From Woeseiaceae bacterium (lineage in GTDB: Bacteria > Pseudomonadota > Gammaproteobacteria > Steroidobacterales > Woeseiaceae), in assembly GCA_028280615.1 (NCBI GenBank), contig JANQLK010000001.1, forward strand, positions 23,793 through 87,792: a DNA stretch of 64,000 nt. The letters are read 5' to 3'. Shown here piece after piece: positions 7,977 through 19,883 of the stretch. The notes beneath the pieces are model-generated. The model was not told the DNA's origin. It was given only the letters and a program-made list of their open reading frames with translations, and ran no database searches. The translations under genes and the position numbers were made by a program. Each line of letters opens with the position of its first letter. Within the stretch, counting starts at the first letter, position 1.

Positions 7977-9212
7977 CTACGACGTCGGCTCGGTGGCCCG
8001 GACCGGAGCCCCGACTTCGATCTCCTCGGTGAAACCGGTTTCGGCCTCGTAGAGTTCCCTGAGAATCTTGCGCCAGGACTCGTATTGCGCTGCGGCCGTG
8101 CCCGTGAGACGGCGCGCCTGGCCCTCGACGTTGACGACCATGGGAGCGGCCTCCGAGCCGAACGAAACGGCCAGTTCCTCAATGGCTTCGACGTGTATCG
8201 ACGCCTCCGTGTTGCGAGTGATACCGCCCATGATGGTATTCAAGCCCTCGGCGATACCGATATTCTGCAGGCTGCGCTTGACGTTCCGCTCCGTGCGGCT
8301 GCTGCTGTCGGTGTCGACGCTCAGCGACGCCGCGACGACCACGACACCCATGAGCGTCTGCAACGCAGCCGATCGCTTTACCTGCCGGTAGTTGACGGCT
8401 TCCTCGCGGGACGCCTTGCGATACGCGTGGTACGGAATCGCAATCCCGTAGTAGAAATTGGCGTAGTGCTCGTTCAGCATGTCGACGACCAGGCGGTCGC
8501 GTTCGCGGATTCGCCGCAGCCGGTCGACCGCCGGATCGTTATCGGCCGGCAACCGCGAAACCGTTACGATGCCGTCCTCGTCGGTGGCGAGGTGGTTGCC
8601 GTAGACCTGCGGTGACATGTCGCCGAAGAACTTGAGTTCCGAAATCTGCCGCAGGTCCTCAACGTAGTCGGTGCCGAGCGACTCCGCGTGAGCATGTATG
8701 TCGTTGGCGATATCGTTGAATACTTTCTGGTACGGATCCTGGCGCCGATCGCGGTTTTCGGAGTAGGACGACACGCCCGTCTGCGTTTCGTAGTCTTTCT
8801 CATACCATTCGCGGCCGCTCGTATCCGAAACCGTTACCTCGAGTTCGACGAACTCGCCGTCGGATTTCTTGATGCGAGCGTTGACGATGACGTCGGTGAA
8901 GGCGTCGGCGGACGGCAGCACGCGAACCGCGCCCCAGTGTCCCGTGCCCTGCATCGTGTTCTTGAGGTGGTAGGCAAGGTAGCGCGCCTCGGCCTCTCGA
9001 ATCTCGGTGTGTATGCGCGTTTTCTCGGGTTGGTTGTCCTCGGGGATACCCGCGTCGAACTCGATGATGCCGATGTCGAGCAGCCGCGATTCGGCCTTCT
9101 CGCCGTCAGCAACGACCAGCTCGGTCTCGTCCGCGTTGATTACTTCGTTGACCGTGCACCCGCCGGCGGCGAATGCCGCGGCAATCATGATTACAAGCCT
9201 TCTCGTCATCAT
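7977..9212 (-). CDS. Lipoprotein of unknown function
   Basis: 411-aa ORF. Signal peptide with lipobox MMTRRLVIMIAAAFAAGGC. There is an internal hydrophobic stretch LQTLMGVVVVAASLSV. I recognise no family. It lies 15 nt upstream of the kinase gene. Confidence 0.6.
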   Translation of the reverse strand: MMTRRLVIMIAAAFAAGGCTVNEVINADETELVVADGEKAESRLLDIGIIEFDAGIPEDNQPEKTRIHTEIREAEARYLAYHLKNTMQGTGHWGAVRVLPSADAFTDVIVNARIKKSDGEFVELEVTVSDTSGREWYEKDYETQTGVSSYSENRDRRQDPYQKVFNDIANDIHAHAESLGTDYVEDLRQISELKFFGDMSPQVYGNHLATDEDGIVTVSRLPADNDPAVDRLRRIRERDRLVVDMLNEHYANFYYGIAIPYHAYRKASREEAVNYRQVKRSAALQTLMGVVVVAASLSVDTDSSSRTERNVKRSLQNIGIAEGLNTIMGGITRNTEASIHVEAIEELAVSFGSEAAPMVVNVEGQARRLTGTAAAQYESWRKILRELYEAETGFTEEIEVGAPVRATEPTS

Positions 9213-9230
9213 CCTGGTTTGCTTAAGATC

Positions 9231-10580
9231 CTAGTTTGCTGTCGAAATCCCTTTGTACTTGCGGTACTCGTCCCAAAGCCGTTCGCGCAGCGCGGGGTCC
9301 TCTTCGACCAGCGCAGCCTCGCGCAGCTGGCGGGCAATGATATCGTCGTCGATCATGGACGGAACGTCGTCGGGCGTTCGCTCTTCGATCTGTTCTCGTG
9401 AGAGGCCCGCCATCGGTGAGGCCTGGCCACCGCCGACGGAACCGCTGCCGGAGCCGCCGCCCTCGCTGCCACCCATCGACGTCTGCGATCCGAGGCCGAT
9501 CAGTTCGCCCGCACCGCGTCCGCCCTCTTCTCCCTCGATGTCGAAGCCCTCCATGACCCGGCCGGCGCCGGCAATTGCGCGCTGTTCTTCCTGCAGGGTC
9601 TCGTCGAAACCGCCAATCGACTCGTCGAGCTCACGCCCGAGGCGGGCCGCGCGTTCTTCGGCGCTTTCGCCGGGAAACTCACCGACGCCACCGGCGCCGC
9701 CGGTTCCGGTCGTGCCGCCGCCCGGCGATCCGCCGCCGCCTCCGGACGCACCGCCTCCGGACGCACCGCCACCGGATGCACCGCCTCCGGAAGCACCTCC
9801 GCCGGAGGCACCACCGCCACCGGCCGCGCCGCCGCCGGACGATGAGGATGACGACTGGCTTTCGCTGGACGAGGAGCTTTCACTGGACGACGAACCGCCG
9901 CCACCGCCGCCGCCGATGCACTCGCCAGCCTGGCCCATGCCGCCGACGCCGCCCGGCAGCGCGCCACCGTCGCCGCACTCCCCGCTGCCGCCGTCTTCGT
10001 TCGGATCCGAGAACGGATCGTCTTCGCCTTCTCCTCCGCCGGAGCCGCCCGTCGCACCTGACTGGCCCTCGGCGCCGCCTCCCGCACCCTGCTCGCTCGG
10101 CGGCGGTGGAATTTCGCCGACGGATCCGCCGCCGCCCTGGCTGCCCGCGGAACTCTCAGCCCCACCGCCGGGCGCGCCGCCCTGCTGTGGAAAGCCACCG
10201 GACGCGCCGCCGCCCGATGGCGATTGACTACCGCCCGACGGCGACTGGCTGCCACCGGAGGGTGACTGACTGCCGCCCGACGGCGACTGACTACCGCCAG
10301 ACGGCGATTGGCTTCCGCCCGACGGGGACTGGCTGCCGCCCGACGGCGATTGACTGCCACCCGAGGGTGACTGGCTGCCGCCCGACGGAGGCGACGGTGG
10401 CGACGGTGGCGATGGCATGCCGCCACTGGGCGGCGACGGCATACCCGCAGGCGGCGTCGTCGGTCCTCCGGAACGAGTCATTGACGTATTGCAACCCGCA
10501 AGCACCAGCGTCGTGGCACTGACCAGTAGCAGCGGCTTGAGCCATGTCGCGTTGTTGCGCGCGTAATGTCTGGAATGCAT
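9231..10580 (-). CDS. Low-complexity Gly/Ser/Pro-rich lipoprotein with tandem peptide repeats and a conserved-looking helical C-terminus
   Basis: 449-aa ORF. Lipobox LVLAGC. Contains 8x GGSQSPS, 5x GGGAS, poly-Ser/Glu tracts and the C-terminal DDDIIARQLREAALVEEDPALRERLWDEYRKYKG. Confidence 0.65.
   Translation of the reverse strand: MHSRHYARNNATWLKPLLLVSATTLVLAGCNTSMTRSGGPTTPPAGMPSPPSGGMPSPPSPPSPPSGGSQSPSGGSQSPSGGSQSPSGGSQSPSGGSQSPSGGSQSPSGGSQSPSGGSQSPSGGGASGGFPQQGGAPGGGAESSAGSQGGGGSVGEIPPPPSEQGAGGGAEGQSGATGGSGGGEGEDDPFSDPNEDGGSGECGDGGALPGGVGGMGQAGECIGGGGGGGSSSSESSSSSESQSSSSSSGGGAAGGGGASGGGASGGGASGGGASGGGASGGGGGSPGGGTTGTGGAGGVGEFPGESAEERAARLGRELDESIGGFDETLQEEQRAIAGAGRVMEGFDIEGEEGGRGAGELIGLGSQTSMGGSEGGGSGSGSVGGGQASPMAGLSREQIEERTPDDVPSMIDDDIIARQLREAALVEEDPALRERLWDEYRKYKGISTAN
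9738..9812 (-). repeat. Five tandem 15-bp in-frame coding repeats (GGGAS x5)
   Basis: Plus-strand units are gcctccggacgcacc x2, gccaccggatgcacc, gcctccggaagcacc and tccgccggaggcacc. Confidence 0.85.
10215..10382 (-). repeat. Eight tandem 21-bp in-frame coding repeats (heptapeptide GGSQSPS x8)
   Basis: Plus-strand units are cgatggcgattgactaccgcc / cgacggcgactggctgccacc / ggagggtgactgactgccgcc and so on. The peptide repeat is identical in all 8 copies, and the DNA differs only at synonymous positions. Confidence 0.9.
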
Positions 10581-10805
10581 GTTTGAATGCCCTTTGCGAC
10601 GAAAGCTGGCGACGCCTTCGTTCGAGATTTCGCTACGGCCTGAAACGCCCGGCGGATAAGGATTTGAGCCGCGCGGCCGGCCCGGAGTTCCGTCGAATTA
10701 CGTCAAACGCCCGACGTGCCGACGCTCGTCCGATCAGGAATGACGATAATACGGGCCCGGCGGCCGATCAATACCTGATCCGCGTAGGCCGCTCCGGAAC
10801 GACAG

Positions 10806-11663
10806 CTAGGCCGGTTTCCTGAAGATTATCAGAGACATATCGTCGGGCTTGCTCGGTTCGCCCTGTGCCGCTGTCGCCATTCTGCGCTGAACTTCGGCAA
10901 CGACCGCATCCACGGCCGTATCGATGCTCCCCTTGCGCGTCATCTCGACGAGCTCGTCGAGATGGAGATTGTCCGTGACGCCGTCGCTTGCCAGCACGAC
11001 CGTGTCGCGCGCCTTGAGTTCGGCACTGGCGCCGACGTCGATACTCATGTCGGGCGTGCCGATGAAATTGGACACGAGGTGGCGGTCCCGGTGGTGCAAG
11101 GCATCGCGTTCATCGAGAAACCCGGCCTCGACGGCGAAGCCCGTCGGGGAATGCGCCGTGGTCTGCAGTCGAATCAGGCCGCGCTGACCGATCACGAGCG
11201 CCTCCGAGTCGCCGACCTGGTAGGTCCGCGCGAGGCGCCCCTCGATCGTGACCACGGTTAGCGTCGTCGCCGATCCGTTACTCAGGTCGCGAACGGCCGT
11301 GTTGGCCGCTTCGATGCCGTCGAGCACGGCCGTCCTCAGAAGCCGGGTCTGTTCCAGCGATGTCCTGAGCGATGCGGCCAGGGCATCGACGGCCGTACTC
11401 GATGCTCGCTTGCCGGCCGGCAGTCCGCCGGCGCCGTCGGCCACGACCAGGACCGCGGCCTGCGGTCCCCAGGGTATGGCCGCCACCGTATCCTCGTTTT
11501 CGGTCTCCTTCATGGGCGAGCGCCGCGTGTAGGCCACGAGCCTGCCGCCGGCGACCTCGAAAGACTGCCGGTCCGGCGCCACGGCGCCGTCGAGGACCAC
11601 GGTGCCGTCGGGCCTTTCCGCGCCGACGCTAGCCACGGCTGACGGGCTCCCGGCACCACGCAC
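10806..11663 (-). CDS. PP2C-family Ser/Thr protein phosphatase
   Basis: 285-aa ORF with VLVVADGAGGLPAGKRASSTAV, YQVGDSEALVIG and VVLASDGVTDNL. An alternative GTG start at 11636 would give an 8-nt overlap (GTGGCTAG) with the upstream kinase stop. Confidence 0.85.
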   Translation of the reverse strand: MRGAGSPSAVASVGAERPDGTVVLDGAVAPDRQSFEVAGGRLVAYTRRSPMKETENEDTVAAIPWGPQAAVLVVADGAGGLPAGKRASSTAVDALAASLRTSLEQTRLLRTAVLDGIEAANTAVRDLSNGSATTLTVVTIEGRLARTYQVGDSEALVIGQRGLIRLQTTAHSPTGFAVEAGFLDERDALHHRDRHLVSNFIGTPDMSIDVGASAELKARDTVVLASDGVTDNLHLDELVEMTRKGSIDTAVDAVVAEVQRRMATAAQGEPSKPDDMSLIIFRKPA

Positions 11664-12921
11664 AGTAATGCCAGTGCTCCCTGGCGATGCCCCATTTGCA
11701 GCGGCGGCAGCGGCTGCGGCTGCCGGGCAGCGGCCAGGGCTTGCGGACCTTGCTCCGGCACCACGGGCAGTAGCGCATGAACGGCATCAGGTCGCCCCGG
11801 CAACGGGGGTTTGCGCATTTGCTCGTGTAGCGCTTGTCGCGATAGCGGCGCGGCGTCTCTTCGACGAAGCCGGGCCCCCAGCACCAGGGGCAGTAGTCCC
11901 AGTCATTCTTGACTCCCCGCTCGCAGCGCGGGCAGCTCGAGCTTTCGCGTGACTCGACGCCGCGGGTCGGGTCCTCGACGCCGCACCACGGGCATGCGTG
12001 CATGCTTTCGGCAACGGGCCCCTCGCAGCGCCGGCAGGCATGCCGCGTGTCGAGCGCCGAGCGATACCGGCGCTGAAAATCTCGCCAGTCGGACCCGACC
12101 GTGTCGCCGGCCTCGAACCTGGCTCCCCGCGCGCGGCCGGGTTTCTGTTGCCTCGCGTGGCTGTTCAGGCGCTCGAAGTGCGCCAGCATCTCGATGCAGG
12201 TTCGGTAGCGCCTTGCAGGGTCGAGCTGAATGGCCTTGCGCAGCATCGCGACGAACTCCGGCCGCACGCGCGCGGTCAGCTTGTCGTAGCCCTTGAGCGG
12301 CCACTCGAACGGCCATTCCGGGAGTACCCCGGAGAACAGCCGGTAGATGACGAGGCCGGCCGAGAACACGTCGGACTGGAATTTCGGGCGGCCCATGGCC
12401 TGTTCCGGAGCGATGTAGTCGATCGTACCGGAGCCCGACGCCTTGAGCGTGCGCAGGCTGAGCTTCGCGAAACCGAAGTCCGCGAGCTTGAGACGGTTGC
12501 CCGGGAACAGGATGAAGTTCTCGGGCTTGACGTCGCAGTGGATAATCTTGTGCTCATGCGCATACGCCAGGCTCGCGAGCGCCTGGCCGGCCAGATCGAT
12601 GGCGCGGGCCGTCGAGATGCGGCGCTCGAGCCGGTCCGCCAGTGACTGCTCGCCGAGCTCCATGGCGATGACGAAATCGTCGCCGATGTATTCGGCATTG
12701 GTAACCGAGAGAATGTTCGGATGCCTGAGCCTGACGGCGACCTGCACCTCGTGCAGCAACTCCTCGTGATCCACGTCCTCACCGGCGCGCGGTACCTTGA
12801 GTGCAACGCGGCTTCGGTGGATCGTGTCGTAGGCGACGTACACCGTGGATAGCGGACCACTCGAGAGTCGCGACAGAATGCGATACTTGCCAATCTTCTG
12901 CCGTGCTTTCAGCAAGGACAT
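11629..12921 (-). CDS. Cytoplasmic Hanks-type Ser/Thr kinase (non-RD, HCD catalytic loop) with four tandem C-terminal zinc-ribbon motifs
   Basis: 430-aa ORF. Motifs are VALKVP, IIHCDVKPENFIL, LADFGFAK and GTIDYIAPEQ. The C-terminus holds CRRC..CPWC, CPRC..CPWC, CANPRC..CPWC and CRRC..CAWC. Confidence 0.85.
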   Translation of the reverse strand: MSLLKARQKIGKYRILSRLSSGPLSTVYVAYDTIHRSRVALKVPRAGEDVDHEELLHEVQVAVRLRHPNILSVTNAEYIGDDFVIAMELGEQSLADRLERRISTARAIDLAGQALASLAYAHEHKIIHCDVKPENFILFPGNRLKLADFGFAKLSLRTLKASGSGTIDYIAPEQAMGRPKFQSDVFSAGLVIYRLFSGVLPEWPFEWPLKGYDKLTARVRPEFVAMLRKAIQLDPARRYRTCIEMLAHFERLNSHARQQKPGRARGARFEAGDTVGSDWRDFQRRYRSALDTRHACRRCEGPVAESMHACPWCGVEDPTRGVESRESSSCPRCERGVKNDWDYCPWCWGPGFVEETPRRYRDKRYTSKCANPRCRGDLMPFMRYCPWCRSKVRKPWPLPGSRSRCRRCKWGIAREHWHYCAWCREPVSRG

Positions 12922-13031
12922 CCGGTCGTACGTCTACTGCGTTGAGGTTTCGCATCATTGGTTCTGGGCCGTGCGGAGTCAAGTCGAACGACGCTTGCTA
13001 CAATGCGCGCTTTTCTGCCAGGGGCATCGAG

Positions 13032-13406
13032 GTGGGCAAACCCGGCAACACCGGTTTTCGCCGTGTTATTCGCGCGACGCGCTACTCGGCGCAGGGCCTC
13101 GCGCACGCGTGGAAACACGAGGCCGCCTTCCGCCAGGAGCTCGTCGCCTCGGCGCTGTTGCTACCGGTTGCCTACTGGCTCGGCCAGACGCCCGTCGACA
13201 GGCTGTTGCTTATCGGTAGCTGCGGTCTCGTCCTGATCGTCGAGCTCCTGAATTCGGCCGTCGAGGCAGTGGTCGACCGAATTTCGGGAGAAGCCCACGA
13301 GTTATCGGGGAGGGCGAAGGATCTGGGCTCGGCCGCGGTGTTTTTGAGTCTGCTGTTGAGCGGCGCCGTGTGGGGCATCATCGCCTGGCAGCGTTTCATG
13401 CCCTGA
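13032..13406 (+). CDS. dgkA: Diacylglycerol kinase (prokaryotic DgkA)
   Basis: GFRRVIRATRYSAQGLAHAWKHEAAFRQE...VELLNSAVEAVVDRISGEAHELSGRAKDLGSAAV matches E. coli DgkA closely from memory. I chose the GTG start at 13032 so that the length is about 124 aa. Confidence 0.85.
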   Translation: MGKPGNTGFRRVIRATRYSAQGLAHAWKHEAAFRQELVASALLLPVAYWLGQTPVDRLLLIGSCGLVLIVELLNSAVEAVVDRISGEAHELSGRAKDLGSAAVFLSLLLSGAVWGIIAWQRFMP

Positions 13407-13518
13407 GGTCAAACGGCCGATTGCCCGCCCGTCGGGCAACGCCGGCACGGACCGGCGGACCGTTCCGTTGCGACGTCGAGGAATATGCCAGGGCCGGAGA
13501 GAAACTCCGGGGGGTCCG

Positions 13519-14046
13519 TCAGGCGGCGACAGCCAGGACCGTCGACGCGACGGTTGCGCCGAGCGCGCCGCCGGCGACAACGTCGCTCGGGTAGTGCAGC
13601 CCGAGGATCACCCGGGACGCCGCGATGAGCGCAGCGAACGGCGCGATGACGAACATCATTTCCGGGACGTGGCTCGAATACAGGACCGTGAAGCTGACGG
13701 CGTGCAAGGTGTGCCCGGACGGAAAACTGTAGCGATCGAGCGGCGCGGTCCCGCAGACGATCTCGCCATGCGTGACAAACGGCCGCTCGCGCACGAGACG
13801 GTGCTTCAGGAGCTTGTATACGCCGATGCCCAGCACGGCGGTAGCGACTGCCTGCGCGAGGAAGGCGGCTTGCGACCCGTCGAGCATGTACAGCGTCGCG
13901 AGGCCGAACAGCACCCACGCCGGGTAGTCCCCGAGACGGGACACGGCCGAGAAGAAGCCCTTCAGCGCGCGATTGCGGCTCAGCGCGTTGACGCGCAGGC
14001 AGAGACCGAGCTCGAGATCGTCGAAGTAATCGGTTACCACGCCCAA
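13519..14046 (-). CDS. PAP2-superfamily phosphatase (phosphatidic acid / lipid phosphatase type 2)
   Basis: 175-aa membrane ORF with PAP2 motifs KHRLVRERP, SFPSGH and SRVILGLHYPSDV. Confidence 0.8.
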   Translation of the reverse strand: MGVVTDYFDDLELGLCLRVNALSRNRALKGFFSAVSRLGDYPAWVLFGLATLYMLDGSQAAFLAQAVATAVLGIGVYKLLKHRLVRERPFVTHGEIVCGTAPLDRYSFPSGHTLHAVSFTVLYSSHVPEMMFVIAPFAALIAASRVILGLHYPSDVVAGGALGATVASTVLAVAA

Positions 14047-14139
14047 ACTCCAGTAACGACTTGCCGCGTATTGTGGCGATGATGTGCTTCAGCCGGATTA
14101 AGAGATTGTGGCAGCGGCATGACACACCGTTTGGTTTCG

Positions 14140-15639
<1,500 letters not shown>

Positions 15640-15654
15640 CGTCGCTTCCTCTCT

Positions 15655-16178
15655 CTAGCCGACAGGATACCCCCGAGCCGCCCGGACGGGTTCCCTTACG
15701 CGCATCCGCCTGCCGGCCTCGTCAGGCATGGGCATGCCTGCCTGGGCCGCCGCGAATGCGTCGATCCGGTCGCGAACGTCGTCGGGCCATGGCGAAACGC
15801 GCCGGGCATCGAGGTCCACGTGCAGGTTCATCCACTCGGCGGTCGCGGCGAGATAGCCCTCGGTCGCGCTGTACATTCGCATGAACTGGTGAATGCGCTT
15901 GGCGTCATAGGCAAGCACCTGGCTCGTGATGACGAAGCTCGCGTCGGCCAGCATCTCACGCTGCCAGGTGACGTGGCACTCGACCGCGAACGTCGAATTC
16001 GACCCGCTCTGAATGCGGTCGTCCGTGATGCCGAGGCGGCCCCAGAGGCTGTCGACGCCGAGGTCGAACGCCAGCACGTAGTAGGCGACGTTCATGTGGT
16101 CGTTGACGTCGATCCATTCGTCGAGGACGCGGCCCGAAAAGACTTCTGTGCCCTGCCACTCGAAAGGCCTCGCGTCGC

Positions 16179-16182
<4 letters not shown>
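15655..16182 (-). CDS. Hotdog-fold acyl-CoA thioesterase-like protein
   Basis: 175-aa ORF. RVLDEWIDVNDHMNVAYYVLAFD is typical of 4HBT/YbgC-like thioesterases. Its start overlaps the upstream stop by 4 nt. Confidence 0.6.
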
Positions 16183-18116
<1,934 letters not shown>

Positions 18117-18257
18117 CGGTCGCCTGCTTCGGTTTGCTATCCCGACAGTATCCATTTTCACACAATTGCGTGCACGCATTGACCGCGCCCGGAACTTAAC
18201 CCAGTCTTGACGGTCCGCGTTTGCTAACGGGTCAGAAAGCTTGGGAGGCCCCTGAAC

Positions 18258-18836
18258 ATGGACATCTTGTTCGCCGCCGTCGTCATCGCCTCGCTCGGCC
18301 TGCTGGGCGGCTGGTATTTCCTCAAAAAGCGCGCGCGCCCCGTGCCCGACGATCTCAAGCCGGGCCGGCCGCTGCCGGATTTTGCGGCGATCGATGAAGA
18401 CGGCAACGCGGTCCGCTCCGCCGATCTGCGCGGCGCGCCGTCGGTGCTGCTGTTCGTCCGCGGCAACTGGTGTCCGTTTTGCAGCTCGCAGGTCAGGAAC
18501 CTGACGAAGTACTACAAAGACATCGTCGATCTCGGCGCGAAACTCGTGCTCGTGACACCGAAGCCACTGCAGACGACCCGCCGCGTCGCCGAGTTCTTCG
18601 ACGTGGAGTTCGACTTCTGGCTCGACGAATCGCTCGCGATTGCCCGTCAGCTCGATCTCGTGCACACGGCCGGCGTGCCGTCGGGCTCGAAGGCCGAGTA
18701 CGGCGAGGATACGGTATGGCCGACGGCCCTGGTCGTTGACGCCGACGGCAAGATCGTGTTCGCGAACCTGTCGAAATTCATAGCGGACCGTCCTGACCCG
18801 AAGCACCTGCTGGCCGCTATTCGCTCGACGCTTTAG
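18258..18836 (+). CDS. Membrane-anchored AhpC/TSA (redoxin/peroxiredoxin-like) family protein
   Basis: 192-aa ORF with N-terminal TM helix ILFAAVVIASLGLLGGWYFL and the thioredoxin-fold motif LLFVRGNWCPFC. Confidence 0.75.
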   Translation: MDILFAAVVIASLGLLGGWYFLKKRARPVPDDLKPGRPLPDFAAIDEDGNAVRSADLRGAPSVLLFVRGNWCPFCSSQVRNLTKYYKDIVDLGAKLVLVTPKPLQTTRRVAEFFDVEFDFWLDESLAIARQLDLVHTAGVPSGSKAEYGEDTVWPTALVVDADGKIVFANLSKFIADRPDPKHLLAAIRSTL

Positions 18837-19881
18837 CGCTCCCGGCCGCGGCAATCAGGCGTCGCGCCTGCGCATCCGCTACGATGTTGGTCGGCTCGCC
18901 ACGCTGGTCCGCCTCGCGGAAGATACCGGTAAGACGCGGACCGATCTCCTCGACCAGCGCCATCACGCCGGCGTCATCGACGTCGCCGTAGTACTCGCAG
19001 GCAACGTTGATGATGCCGCCGCCATTGATGACGTAGTCGGGCGCATACAGGATGCCGGCGTCGGCCAGACGTCGCCCGTCGTCGGCCGTCTCCAGCTGGT
19101 TGTTGGCGCCGCCCGCAACGACCTTCGCGCGAAGTCTCGGGATGCTGCCGCGATTCAGGACCGCGCCGAGCGCGCACGGCGCGACGACGTCCACGTCCAT
19201 GAACAGCACGTCGTCGAGTTCCACCGCCTCGGCGCCGAAATCCTCGCACGCCCGTTGCACGCGGTCGCGGTCGATATCGGCGACGAACAGCCGCGCACCC
19301 GACTGCGCCAGTTCCTTGCACAGGTTGTAGCCGACGTTGCCGACGCCCTGCACGGCAACCCGCAACCCGTTTACGCCGTCGCGCCCGAGCCGGTGGCGCA
19401 CGGCGGCGCCGATGCCGCACATGACCCCGCGGGCCGTTTTCGGCGACGGGTCGCCGCCCGCCTTGCCATCGGCCGCCGGCAGGCCGGTCACGTATCGGGT
19501 GCGGGTCGCGATCGTCTGCATGATGGCGGGCGTCATGCCGACGTCCTCGGCGGTGATGTACGCGCCGTTCAACGTATCGACGAATTCGCCAAAGCGCGCG
19601 TACAGCGCGTCGCTGGAGGCAAAGCCGTCGTGCTCGACGATGACAGCCTTGCCGCCGCCGAAGCGGAGGCCCGCCATCGCGTTCTTGTAGCTCATCCCCT
19701 GGGACAGTCGCAGCACGTCGTAGATCGCCGCCTCGTCGCTCGCATAGGACCACTGCCGGACGCCACCGGCCGCGGGTCCGAGCGCCGTCGAGTGGATGGC
19801 GATGATCGCGGACAGACCGGTCTCCGGGTCTCTGCAGAAAAGCACGCGTTCGTGCTCGTCGAACGCGGGGTTGTCGAACAC
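18817..19881 (-). CDS. Leu/Phe/Val dehydrogenase (Glu/Leu/Phe/Val dehydrogenase family)
   Basis: 354-aa ORF with GPAAGGVRQWSY, YKNAMAGLRFGGGKAVI and the Rossmann motif VAVQGVGNVG. Confidence 0.85.
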   Translation of the reverse strand: MFDNPAFDEHERVLFCRDPETGLSAIIAIHSTALGPAAGGVRQWSYASDEAAIYDVLRLSQGMSYKNAMAGLRFGGGKAVIVEHDGFASSDALYARFGEFVDTLNGAYITAEDVGMTPAIMQTIATRTRYVTGLPAADGKAGGDPSPKTARGVMCGIGAAVRHRLGRDGVNGLRVAVQGVGNVGYNLCKELAQSGARLFVADIDRDRVQRACEDFGAEAVELDDVLFMDVDVVAPCALGAVLNRGSIPRLRAKVVAGGANNQLETADDGRRLADAGILYAPDYVINGGGIINVACEYYGDVDDAGVMALVEEIGPRLTGIFREADQRGEPTNIVADAQARRLIAAAGSAKASSE

Positions 19882-19883
19882 GC

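Noticed and set aside
10215-10382. Regular 21-bp tandem repeats considered as a possible CRISPR array or non-coding satellite.
   Set aside because: There are no spacers. The repeats are contiguous, in frame, and encode a perfect heptapeptide repeat inside a long ORF.
10581-10805. Search for a clear promoter in the 225-nt gap that splits the kinase/PP2C pair from the other eight genes.
   Set aside because: I found only weak candidates (TTGATC-14 nt-TATTAT has the wrong spacing; TTGACG has no -10). I cannot say whether the cluster is one operon or two.
1-12921. Interpretation as the T6SS threonine-phosphorylation pathway (PpkA/PppA/Fha), as a Zorya (ZorAB) defence system, or as a T9SS GldKLMN analogue.
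   Set aside because: No Tss core, Hcp/VgrG, ZorC/D or GldM/N-like genes are visible. The MotA-like protein lacks the long ZorA tail, and the partner lacks a peptidoglycan-binding domain. I keep these only as analogies.
13421-13510. Hairpins ttgcccg-cccgt-cgggcaa (13421-13439) and ccggag-agaaa-ctccgg (13494-13510) between the convergent dgkA and PAP2 genes, considered as intrinsic terminators.
   Set aside because: The stems are short and neither strand has a convincing U-tract, so I did not list them as features.
18117-18854. 5' extension of the 891-aa ORF track entry 16179-18854. Similar upstream extensions occur at 36975-38585, 38174-39169, 38811-40865, 40831-41634, 43350-44639, 46372-47754, 47856-48935, 51697-52686, 53257-55440, 55522-56730 and 57674-58447.
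   Set aside because: In each case homology-like sequence begins at an internal start codon, often with a signal peptide or a conserved N-terminus. The extension is compositional noise or overlaps a better gene.
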